A stretch of 32,703 bases of DNA from Hyphochytrium catenoides (GCA_900088475.1 FLMG01003410.1:1-32703); one strand, 5' to 3'. Shown: positions 10,969 through 21,562, counted from the stretch's first letter. Numbers and translations are program-made. The notes: generated from the letters alone by a model not told the origin.

Positions 10969-12001
10969 ATACAAGCCTCTATGTGCCGAGCACCACCCTC
11001 CTCCTCCTCCTACCTTATCCTCACTCTTGTCCTCCCTCGTTCAATCAAATCTTAGTGACAGCAGAGCAGCGGAGCCGACGACTTGGGGTGCTTATGATGC
11101 TTGTAGGACGTCAAAGTAATGAACGAAGCAGAAAGGAAGCGGCTATGTTATATTGCTGGACTGGATTAGCAGGATGGGTTAAAGCCATCCAAGGAGCCCT
11201 CCTACCTTGGCTGCTCCTGCGTGGTGCTCTTCCCTTATTTAAAAAAATAGGCACATACCTTAAAGCTGCGCGCAGCAGGAACGGAAAGCGATGGCATTCC
11301 GTTGGAACTATCGGAACCTGGGCATGCGTGAGCTCACAATTATCATCCTCCTCCATTGTTTCCTGGCTTGCAGCGCGCCTAGTAACAAGCAACCTTCGCG
11401 TCTTCCTCTATCCAGCCATGCCATCAAGAAGTTCTGATTGCAAAGGTAGCTCCATAAAGCGACGACTCCTAAGGATACCTTCGCCTGTTCCTCTCATGAT
11501 CACCAGGAAAGCAACATGGCCCGATGGCAGCGCCGTTCAAGGTCACTCACAATCAACGACTGCTGACGATGATCGCCGCAGAGATAAGAGCACGAAGCCT
11601 TTCATCACTTCTCTGATTTCTCGATTGAAGAGTCAGTGCATTGTACAGAGCGGAAACGCACAACGCACATTGATGAATTCCGTATAAGAAAGCCCTAGAT
11701 CTATAACCAGCACGGGCTTCTATGCATGTATTGTACTGTACAGTACAGTGGGTGAACTTTTTGTTTGCTCAGCTTGTTAATGGATACAAATTCTGAATAA
11801 CAACCTAGTAGGCGCACCCAAGCCGTACAGTTTTGGTAGAACCTGGAGGTGCGGTACGTAATCGTGATCTCAGGTATTGCCGTCGGTTAAGCACAAACGA
11901 AGAAGATAATCAAAGTGCGGTGTCGTCAAGGAGTTCTGATGTGGGCTTATTACAGTTGTATTCACAGTCTCTCTCCCTCTCTCTCTCTCTCCCAGTCTCT
12001 C

Positions 12002-12050
<49 letters not shown>

Positions 12051-12386
12051 TCTCTCCCTCTTGTCTGTCCTTTGGTCTCGCGCCCCGTACTGTGCTACAC
12101 TATCGGCCATCAAGGTCAATGTTTGTCGCACAGGGCAAACTCCACAGACGGGCAACGCTTGTCCTCGCAGATCCAGAGCACAGTGCTCCTGGAGCCTTTC
12201 GTCCAGGGATGGGAGAGAGTCTACTTCTACCAGCCAGACGACGGGAAAGCCGGTTGCTGAGGGAAGAGAAGCAGAAGGGCAAGAGACAGCGCCGCCGCTT
12301 CTCCAAAGGCCTAGGAGAGTTCTTAGTCTTCTAAGGGCTTGGCAGCCCCCAGTCGTCTACAAGTGCTTCTGGTTTTCCCGGAGAGC

Positions 12387-13799
12387 ATGGAAAGAAGAGG
12401 TGGCGATCTCTTCCTCGACGTTGTGAGAGTGCTGCCGCTTGACGCAAGGCAGCTTGGCAAACGTCTCTCTCTCCTCTCTCTCCTCTTTCTGCTGAGCCTA
12501 TCGCTTCTGTTGCTCGTCTTTCTTAGGTATCCGCACTCCCCTTTGAACTTCGTTGAAGAGTGGAGTGACTTCAAGCAGGCTCATGATCGGTTCCTTGCCT
12601 CTAGCAGCCAATACTTTGCGGACCGTCCTGCCCGGCAGCCCCTCGGCTTTGACAGCTATCCTCCTCCCACTTCCAGAGCTATCAATGGCTCCCTCGGACT
12701 GCCCAGTACATCCGCGCTGGTCTCCTCCGCTGGAGCCACAGTGGTGGTGCTGACAACGAGGCGCCGTTTGCCATACATTCAGCTGCTTCTCTGGTCCGTG
12801 ATCAAGGGCCACACCGCGGAAGAGCGAGGCCGGATCCGTGTGAAGCTGATCAACACTATGAGGCCCTCGGCGGAGCATACAGACCTCGGGCCGCTGAGAG
12901 ATATCCCAGATATCTCTATAACTGACCTCTACCCGGAGGCTTCCGAAAATGTGCGAGACAGAGTGGATCATGGCGACTACCTCTTTAACCAGTTCAACGC
13001 TTATGTCTACGCACTCAAGGCTTGTGAGGCCGGTGCAGCTCCGTTCTGCATCGTCTTCGAAGATGACACTTTCCTCTCGAGTCACCTAGTGCCTAAGGTG
13101 AGCCGAGCGTTGGAGCGCAGAATGAATGGCACATCTAGGCACTTCACGGTGAAGCTCTTTCGGACTGACTCCTACGATGGATTTGGCTGGGACCAGGACC
13201 TCCTTACCGAGCTGCTGCTGATCCCTCTTATTCTCTCTCTTTCTCTTACCGGGATAATCGTCTTACTCGCTGTCCTTTGGCAGAAGAGATATCGGAAAGA
13301 CGCTGAAAGCTATCGCTACGCGGCCCTGCCTTCTTTAGCTTCTGAAGAAAGGAGTAAGCGTCGGCTCAGGAGGCGAAAGTGCGAGACTGCGTTCAAGCTT
13401 TCTATGATTGTCTTCACGCTTTATCTAAATATCGTGCTAGGTGCCTACCTCTGTAGCCGCCAAGCATTCATAAACCTGATGACACCGCGAGAAGAAGAAG
13501 TTAGCTTCAGGCGCTGCCTCCGACCTTCAGGTTCTGTTGCCTGTGTCTATCCATTGCGGTCTATCGCTCCTCTCTATGGAAAGCTAGAGGCGCTCTCCAA
13601 CGTGACGAAGAGGAGAGAAGCCATCGACTTGGCACTGTACAGAGTGATGAATGAAAGTGGCGACTGGGATATTCTGGAGTCTACCCGGTCTCAGATCCAG
13701 CACATGGGCATCTACTCTTCTAACCCTATGCTGCCTCAAGCTCTTCTGACACGCATTGACTCTGCTTTCTCCTTCCCTTCATCGCTAGGAGACGAATAG
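12387..13799 (+). CDS. PGAP4: PGAP4/TMEM246-like glycosyltransferase, paralogue B, 470 aa from the first ATG, intronless
   Basis: The track's start at 12339 is TTG; the first in-frame ATG is at 12387. N-terminal TM; QFNAYVYALKAC; FCIVFEDDT; TVKLF..YDGFGW; two TM segments; IDLAL; SQIQHMGIYSS. Confidence 0.8.
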   Translation: MERRGGDLFLDVVRVLPLDARQLGKRLSLLSLLFLLSLSLLLLVFLRYPHSPLNFVEEWSDFKQAHDRFLASSSQYFADRPARQPLGFDSYPPPTSRAINGSLGLPSTSALVSSAGATVVVLTTRRRLPYIQLLLWSVIKGHTAEERGRIRVKLINTMRPSAEHTDLGPLRDIPDISITDLYPEASENVRDRVDHGDYLFNQFNAYVYALKACEAGAAPFCIVFEDDTFLSSHLVPKVSRALERRMNGTSRHFTVKLFRTDSYDGFGWDQDLLTELLLIPLILSLSLTGIIVLLAVLWQKRYRKDAESYRYAALPSLASEERSKRRLRRRKCETAFKLSMIVFTLYLNIVLGAYLCSRQAFINLMTPREEEVSFRRCLRPSGSVACVYPLRSIAPLYGKLEALSNVTKRREAIDLALYRVMNESGDWDILESTRSQIQHMGIYSSNPMLPQALLTRIDSAFSFPSSLGDE

Positions 13800-14149
13800 C
13801 CCACCAGCACAGTGCCGCAAGTGCCCTGCACTGCTCAGGTTTATATTTATTCTCTTAGGGCAGTAGATCTCTGGAAAAGGATAAGCTAAGAAAGAGCACA
13901 CTTTCTAAAGAAAAGAATCGCTGATCACGAGCGCGCACTCCACAGGGACACGAGACAGAGGAAGAAGATAGGAAAGAAAGGGGCATGGGTGGCCTCAAAG
14001 GTTAGAGGACAAAGAATAGCTTCAGATCAAGCCTCGGGAGGGCGAGGGAGACATCAATGCAGAAGAGCAGTACAACTAGCAAGAAGATTCATCCTTATAG
14101 AAGAGGCAGAAGAATGCTGTCACTAAGGTGACGATAAAAAAATGTAAGA

Positions 14150-14154
14150 GAGAG

Positions 14155-14185
<31 letters not shown>

Positions 14186-14199
14186 CATACCCCACACAC

Positions 14200-14260
<61 letters not shown>

Positions 14261-14412
14261 CTTCTCGATGATTTGATCATGAAGACAAGAAAGCCGAGGG
14301 GAGATCTGGGACATCAAGACCAAAAGAAACGGACATCTTGCTGAACGTTAGCGGCTCATAATCAGACACACAGAAGGTATGGCCAGTCATTATTTTGAAA
14401 AGAGAGAGAGAA

Positions 14413-14453
<41 letters not shown>

Positions 14454-14582
14454 AAAAGAGAGAGAGAGAGAGAGAGAGAGAAAAGGGAAAAAAGAGAGAG
14501 AAAGAGGCAAAGAGAAAGAGAGGAAGAGGGAGAGAGAGACAGAAAGAGAGAGAGCGGCAGAGAGACAGAGAGAGAGAGAGAG
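14150..14582. repeat. (AG)n microsatellite tracts
   Basis: Long AG runs at about 14208-14257 and 14400-14582. Confidence 0.9.
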
Positions 14583-14781
14583 TTAGAATTGGGGTGATGG
14601 GAACAGGACAAGTTGAGACAGGGAACAGAGCCACCTTTGATGGCTGCTGCTGGCAATTGTGAAGAAGAGAAACACATTTTTGTGAGTCCGACCAGGCACA
14701 CTAGCCGAGCAGTGTAGGAGAGAAGATGCGAGAGTGAAAGGGAGAGGAAGAGAGAGACAGGCAGGGTAAGAGAGAGAGAGA

Positions 14782-14822
<41 letters not shown>

Positions 14823-14993
14823 TTTAGAAGAAGGGACAATGACGATGGAGGAGGAAAGAGAAGAGACCTGAAGGTCGATGATTTGTGCTTCCTGCTGACG
14901 CGCCAGTGATCTCGGTGGTGCTCTTCATTCTTTCCTCTTCTGGTCGGCAACGGCATCCATGATATCCCTTCCTTCAGCGTTGCAGATGCTTTG

Positions 14994-15028
<35 letters not shown>

Positions 15029-15232
15029 ACTTGAGGCACACTCCTTGAAGAGAGAGAGAAGAGACTCTGTCTGAACGGCAAGCGAAGACAATGCAGAAGT
15101 CACTCTATGAAGACCGTGCGTAGTGTCTCTTTGTCCGCCAACGGTCTCTAAACGCGCTTTCCCATCTCTTTTTGCTCCTCTTGTTCCATCTACTGCCCGT
15201 ACAGAGCATCAGGGCTGGGCGAGGAAAGAGAA

Positions 15233-15309
<77 letters not shown>

Positions 15310-15328
15310 CAGAGCAGAGCTATCTACT

Positions 15329-16505
15329 ATGAGGAGGAGTAGCCTTGTCTTGGCCGACAGAAAAGGTCAGGAGTATCTGCTCCCGGCCGACTATTTCCGG
15401 CCTGCCGAGCTCAGCGCGGAGAAGAGAGAAGAATACGTTGAACTGTGCAAAGAGCTCGTCCACCGGGCACACATCGTCTACAAAGAAGATAGAGAGAACA
15501 AGAGAGACGCAAGCACCGATGATGGGAGAGAGAGAAGAGACACATCCCCCGGTATCGTCGAGCCCGAGTGGCGCTGGTGCGGGGACAAACGCGGCATCTC
15601 TCTCTTTCGAAGCAAAACTCCGGACGGTCGGACCGGAGACATCGTCCGCGCCGTAGGCAAAATCTATGGGACAATCGACGAGGTGATGGGCCTGCTCATC
15701 CAAGAAACAACGGCAGAGTTCAGACAAGTCTCCAGAAAGCTTAACCCCGTCTTCCTCGATGGCATCGTCTTGCATACGATCATTCCGAGGACGGAGGAGC
15801 ATCCTCATCGCTACATGGGGATCAAGTGGTTTGCTGTCCGGTCGGCCGGCCTCGGCATGCGGCCGAGAGACTATTGCGTCCTGGAATATGTGGACGTGAT
15901 GTCGGACGTCTCCGGAGGCGTCTGTGGCTTCAAAGTGATGACGAGCATTGAGACGCCAGACTGTCCGTCCTTGGAGGCGACGCATAACTTGGTGAGAGCC
16001 AAGGTAGACTTCCAGTCCGTCCGGTATAATACGACGAAGCAGGCCGGGGTCCTGAAGGTGACCTACACAGCGAGGATGGACAATGGAGGAGGTCTCTTTC
16101 CTCAGCGGTCTTCTCTTCGTCTCTTGGAGAGAGAGGCCAACGCGATTCCTCTCTTGGGAGAGTTCATTGACAGAGAAAGAATCTCTCAGCTGCAGTTTGT
16201 GGATGTCTCTCAATGGGAACCTGACGGAGAGAGAAACTTCTGTCGCGTCTGCAAGAGACGCTTCTCCACGCTACTGCGACATCATCATTGCCGCTCCTGT
16301 GGCGAGCTAGTCTGTGGCAAGTGCAGCTTCTACTATCGAGCAGACCTGCCGGTGGTCGGGCTGCAGAAGGTACGATTGTGTTCCCTCTGTGTCTGCGAGT
16401 CTAGGCTGCAGCACGATCAGTACGCCGTCCCGCACAAGCAGAAGCTGACGGTTGCGGACCTGAAGAAGGATCCATCGGTGATGAACCAGGTAGAGGGCCT
16501 TTCTC

Positions 16506-16541
<36 letters not shown>

Positions 16542-17838
16542 GTCGCCCCCTTCACCCTCTTTCTCTCGCACTCTTCTCTCTCTCTCGCTCTTCTCTCTCT
16601 CGTCTTTTTCTTTTCTCCCTCCCCTCTTTTCTCACTCTCCCTCTTTCTCGCCCGCCTCGTTCCCTCCTTCTACTCTTCCAGCCAATCTCTCTGTCTCTCT
16701 CTTTCTCACACACACACACACACCACACTCCAGGTCCCTTCTTTTCTCTTCGTAATACTCATTAACTCTGTCAGTTTGTCCCCATGCGCTCGGATGACCT
16801 CACCCTCTCTTCGCACCTTCACTTTTTTCTCTCTCTCTTCTCTCTCTCGCTGTTCCTCCCAGGTGATGGTGCTCGCAGACCAACTGTCAATGGAGTTCCA
16901 GAATCAGAACCCAGGGCACACACTGGACATCGCCTTCATCTACACGGGCTCCTATGCTAGGTTTGCCAGGAAGATTATACTGACAGGGAGCTTCTGCGGC
17001 TATAGAACTGACCCAGACTTTGGGGCCATACTTTTGAAAAAGACAGGTGAGGACAGGGAGGCAGATGTATATGTAGGTGTTGAGAGAGACAGAGCAAGCG
17101 CTGCTTTATCCTTTATGTTCCTTGAAGGCTTCCTTTCTGGCCTCTTTCTATCCGCTCTCTCTACCTCTCTCTCTCTCCTTCTCTGTAAGCCCCTCGATTC
17201 CTATTTGTAGCTATCTCTTTACCTTTCGGATCTTCTCTTTATCTCTCTGTCCGGCCCCTCTCTCTCCTGTCCGCAATTCTGTCCTCCTTTCGTCAAGGAC
17301 TATCAGTAGTGCACCATTTACCTCTATCTTCGTTTATCTTTTAAGGGATCCTTTGATTTATGGCTCTTGCCAACCTTCTCTCGCTCTCCAGGAGACACGA
17401 AGTGGGAAGCCGAGGTCTCTCTCCGTCCCGGGCGGTACACCTACCGCCTGTATATTGACGGACATCTTTGGGCCTACGATGACTCTGACATCAACGCGAC
17501 AGTCGTGGTGAGGAGTCATTCTCACTCATACAGCGCCAGCTGTGATGCTTGTCTCTCTTTCTCTTCTATTCCCTGCTTGCTCACGTGCTATCGGTTCTCT
17601 CTTTCTCTCACACTCTTTGTCTTTCTCTTTCCATGTCCTTCTCTCAAGCGCAGTTCCATTGCAGGAAGCTTACTCTTTCTTTCTGTCCATTCGTTATTTT
17701 TACTCTCTCTTTCTCCTCTTTCATTGTGTGCAGAGAGATCCCAAAGGCGAGTATCATACCGTTCTGCATGTTGGCGCTGACAATGATAGATCCAGCAGCT
17801 TCAGTGATCTCAGCTTTGGAGAGGACGAGTTTAGATAG
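15329..17838 (+). CDS. START-like + FYVE + CBM48 (AMPK-beta-type glycogen-binding module) protein, 521 aa
   Basis: Exons 15329-16489, 16863-17046, 17392-17507 and 17734-17838 join in frame via GT-AG (phases 0,1,0). START-like: GTIDEVM, FLDGIVLHTI, IKWFAV, RPRDYCVLE, SIETPDCP..LVRAKV. FYVE: WEPD..CRVC..RHHHCRSCGELVCGKC..KVRLCSLC. CBM48: IILTGSFCGY..WEAEVSLRPGRYTYRLYIDGHLWAYD. Confidence 0.88.
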
Positions 17839-18332
17839 TCAGATATTTCTACTGAGTCGGAGAGAGAGAGACATAGAGAGAGAGAAAGAGAGCGAGAGAC
17901 AGAAGAGTGTCCATAGGCAGACGCAGCAAGCGTCGAGCGAGAGAAGAGAGTGCTCTGGCATCCACCTGTATTATAGTTCTTAGGGAGACGTCAAAGTCTC
18001 TTGGACGGCTGTACGATATAGAATCAGGAGCCAGCTTCCCCTCAATGACCCTCTTCTAACTGGGAGAAAGGAGGAAAGTAAGAAGCGGACTTCACATATC
18101 CTCTCCTCTCCGTTCTCTCCCTCTTTCTAGGAGAGAGGAGAGGCATAATTTTCAAATTCTACCATCGCAATAGAGCACAGACTGAGTCTTTTTATGTGGC
18201 ATGCTAACTAGCTCTTGAATAAAGAATGCAAGTCAAGGAGAGGTGGGTGAGGTCCAAGCCGAATCATGGCCGAGCAAGCTGAAAGAGGGAGAGAGATGGA
18301 GAAGAAAGGCAGTCTCAGCTGGATAGAGAGAA

Positions 18333-19160
18333 TCATTTATCGAGAAGAAACTGAGCATGAGAGACAGCGGAACGCCTGGAGCGCGCGAGAGAGAGCAAGA
18401 ATGATCTACCACTGACAACAGCTGCCACATAATCGCTTGTCTCTTCCCAGAGAGGATCACATCTTTCATCATATAGAGATCCACATATACTGGATAAGAA
18501 GGCAGGAAGACCAGCATGAGGCAAGCACGAGCGCTGACCATGACACTGGACCATTACCGCAAGCTGTGGGGTAGATAAGTACGAGCCTGTGTCTCTAAGC
18601 TGTGGACCCAGTCGCTCAATGAACTTGGCCAGTGGAGAAGGACTCTCGCTGACCACAAGAGGATGGTCCATCAGCAGTCGAGTGCAGTATAGCAAGCTCT
18701 GGGCACATTCACTTTCAATGGTTAGATTCAACGTATCATCTTCAGGTAGGACCTGTTTCTTCATGTCATCTAGAGTCTCTTGAACTTTCAGCAAGGCAGT
18801 AGCAGGAGCTTCCAAAGTGTGATCCGCATGTTGGTCATAGTCTCGGATGAAGTCCAGTATCTTCAGTGCCTGAGAAAAGTCACCTGCTCCAAAGAGTGCA
18901 TCTACTTGGTCTCTCAGCTGCTTGCGTACAACCTGACGCCGCTCTTCTTGCTCTGGAAAGAACCGATAGATGATGTTGCGAAGACGATCGTCTGTCCCAA
19001 TCTTGCTGTCAACCTTAAGGCCTTTCTCTCCATTGAAAGAACTCCTGTGTACCAGAGCTTGGATCAACTCATATCTGTCGTACACTCCAGCGTCATTCCC
19101 AATTACTGGATCACACATGATCTCTTTGAGAGATGCTACGCTTGAAATTGACGAGGTCAT
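18333..19160 (-). CDS. Protein with a divergent N-terminal U-box-like domain followed by a helical (TPR-like) region
   Basis: The track's start at 19220 is TTG; the first ATG is at 19160. LKEIMCDPVIGNDAGVYDRYEL...SSFNGE...TDDRLRNII resembles the U-box pattern (eiM.DPVi..dG.tYeR..I....SP.tge....pn..Lr..I). The 3' end is uncertain because of an alternative frame at 18233-18541. Confidence 0.6.
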   Translation of the reverse strand: MTSSISSVASLKEIMCDPVIGNDAGVYDRYELIQALVHRSSFNGEKGLKVDSKIGTDDRLRNIIYRFFPEQEERRQVVRKQLRDQVDALFGAGDFSQALKILDFIRDYDQHADHTLEAPATALLKVQETLDDMKKQVLPEDDTLNLTIESECAQSLLYCTRLLMDHPLVVSESPSPLAKFIERLGPQLRDTGSYLSTPQLAVMVQCHGQRSCLPHAGLPAFLSSICGSLYDERCDPLWEETSDYVAAVVSGRSFLLSLARSRRSAVSHAQFLLDK

Positions 19161-19448
19161 CGTCGCTGAGGAGCGGGTGTTGGTCAGCCATGGTCCACCA
19201 GAAAAGTTGAGCTTTGCCAATGCTGGTGATCTGGAAGCTTCAGAAGTGACCAGATCACGAGCATGGCAGCTGTTGAAGAGTTCTGATTATTCATTCTGGA
19301 TAGATGGTAGAACTACTCAGTCTGCATCGATTGCTACTGTATACATACAGAATCATAAGATTGGTGTGTATGGTCTGGACAGTCACTTTCTAACTTTCCA
19401 GCTCAAGCACACCCGCCGCCGCTCTTGGTGCTGCTTCGCCACTAGAAG

Positions 19449-20774
19449 ATGGATGGTGGCAACTCAAACACGTCTTTCGAGGTGTTGAAGGCCCGCTATG
19501 AAGCACAGCTTGCTACAGGATGGCCAGTCGACGTGTTGCTCAGCCAGATCGCTGACGCAGCTTTTGGCGAAAAGAACCTTGATGGTCTGAAGTATGTTGT
19601 TGGCGAGGGCCATCGCTTTACTCGGAAGAATTGGTACAATGCAGTTTCCTGCCGGTTCGAAGCTGGATTTATTCGACTCATCTTGTATATGTTCAAAGTT
19701 CAGGAGCCTCCACCAGACTTGTTAGAGAAAGCGGTGAAGCTGAAATGGACGTGTGACTATGAAGACTCCAGGGCTATGGTGGAACTTCTTCTGGGTCTGG
19801 GAGCGAAAGGATCACCACAAACGCTGGCTTATGCTTTGAGTACATGGGCAGATGACTTTCTCCCTAGAGACGTGGAAAATCTTGTAGGTGACGGCTGCGA
19901 CTGGCAGCAGCACGGCAGAGACTTGCTGAAAGTTGCGTTCAAATGCTCTCTTGGTGTGCTACGGAAGATGATTGAGCTTGGTGCTCCAGTCCATGACCAT
20001 CTACTTCTTGATGCCATTGAATATGGTTGGCGCGGTCCGATTGGTGACTCAGCTAAGATTATGGAGGAGCTTATGAAGAAAGTTCGTTATGTTCACGAAG
20101 ACCTGGGTGTCTCTGTGAGCGACGACTGCTTCTCTCTCGCTTATAAGATGGGTTGTATGCCACTTGCGAAGTACCTCGTTGAGAAACGTCGCCTGGAATT
20201 GTTCCCTTGAGATGTGAGTAGTGGTTGGATGGATGCAGTGCAGAAGTGGTCTTGGGTCGAGATTGCCAGATTCTCTTCGGATCATCACATACTTCGCGGC
20301 TGCGTTTGAACTTACCTTCACCACCCAAGAGGAACTACTTGCTGCTGCTGCTAGGAGAGTTGTACAGGTGAGATGTGTACTGTCTGGACAGCTGCTCCGC
20401 GATCGATTCTCCTATGAATGGTCCTTGTCGGATCTCAACAGCGTGTACACTTGGGGCGGGGCTCGAGGACATAGAGTTTGCGCGCTTCGTACATTTATGA
20501 GAACACTACGAAGAGAAACATCCAAGAGCTACGGCCTGAAGTCTACGAGGCCGTACTTCTTCCTGTTATCGTGGACGTCGTGGCAGAGAGAAAGATCTTC
20601 CGTCGGATTGAGAATCATCAGCAGATTGTACGCAACTTCCTGGCGAGACTAGTTTATCGTCCTGATTCCAGCTGGCTCAAACGCACAGTTACTGAGTTTG
20701 GTGGGAGAGACACCTGCTCTGCGAAGAAACCAAAGCGACTGTCGTTCACCAAAGCGAGTGTAGTTGCGGTATAA
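19449..20774 (+). CDS. Ankyrin-like helical repeat protein; intact ORF 19449-20210, with homologous repeats continuing through a stop and frameshifts to 20774
   Basis: Repeats LEKAVKLKWTCDYEDSRAMVELLLGLGA, LLDAIEYGWRGPIGDSAKIMEEL and FSLAYKMGCMPLAKYLVE. After the TGA, WMDAV/RSGLGSRLPDSLRIITYF has the same DA..G.....DS.RI spacing. Confidence 0.65.
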
Positions 20775-20777
20775 GTT

Positions 20778-21562
20778 TTAAAGCTCGTGAAGCTCTCCAC
20801 CTTTGGTTTTCCTCTGTGCCATCGTGTTGTCCCGCTACTTGTTCTTCATACTCTCGTCTGCTCAAGTCAGCCCCCGCCATTAGCGTTTTCATAGAACGCT
20901 CTAGCGAATGGAGCAAGTGAGTGGAGATCAATGGGCTGGCCATCTGGTCCAACAACTTTCTGCGAAGCAAAGGAGCTTTGTTGTTGGGACGGTGGCAGTG
21001 CTGCTCTTGGTGGTGCAGCAGCGGTGGCTGCGACGCCATCGTTGTGTTCCTTCTCGAGTTGCTCATCACTCTTAGTGTAGAATGAAGTCTTCTTGAAAAT
21101 CTGTTCCACTATTGGTGAACACATCCACGTGGATAGCTTCTTCTGGAACTTCGAGAAGCTCCAATGCGCGGACTAACTCTTTCTTCTTGAGCTGAAGAGT
21201 GTCTTTCTCATTTGTTGTCAGTTCTTCCTTCTTGTCCTCAAGATCTTTTATTATGGTCTTGCGGAGGCCATCAATGTATGCCAGCTCATTGGCCATCTTG
21301 ATGTTACCCTTAGATGCTTCCAGTCGCTTCATCTCCTCAGGAGAGATAACCTTCTCTGCACCATAAGATTCTATGTCACCACCAACAATAGAGGAATAAT
21401 CTTGTGAGAAGAAAGAGAAGATGTTGGCGAGGACAGACAACCACAGGCTTTCACAGAACGCATCGCGCATCGGAGGCGGCCAGACACTAGCGCCTTATCT
21501 TCTCCTACTTTCCCGTGCTCACCGCTCCTCCTAAAGGCCTTCGCCCCTGCTATCTCTGACAT
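20778..21562 (-). CDS. Orphan spliced gene of unknown function (coiled-coil N-half), interrupted by apparent frameshifts
   Basis: Exon 21562-21523 (MSEIAGAKAFRRS) and intron 21522-21401 (GTGAG...pyrimidine tract-AAG) join in frame to DYSSIVGGDIESYGAEK. The downstream ORFs at 20867-21124 and 20746-21069 continue in successive +1 frames. The 3' end is a reconstruction. Confidence 0.55.

Noticed and set aside
10983-11687. 234-aa ATG ORF just downstream of PGAP4-like A
   Set aside because: Starts 15 nt after the upstream stop, has S/R-rich composition and no motif; cannot be supported without expression data.
14270-15000. Exon-like minus-strand islands between AG tracts (e.g. LARQQEAQIIDLQ)
   Set aside because: The best frame contains a stop, and no in-frame multi-exon model could be built.
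15320-16213. Long antisense ORFs (also 12498-13085 and 22041-22613)
   Set aside because: Shadows of well-supported genes on the opposite strand.
18100-18143. Inverted repeat CCTCTCCTCTC / GAGAGGAGAGG enclosing CTAG, considered as a Helitron end
   Set aside because: CTAG lies inside rather than after the hairpin, and the arms are low-complexity.
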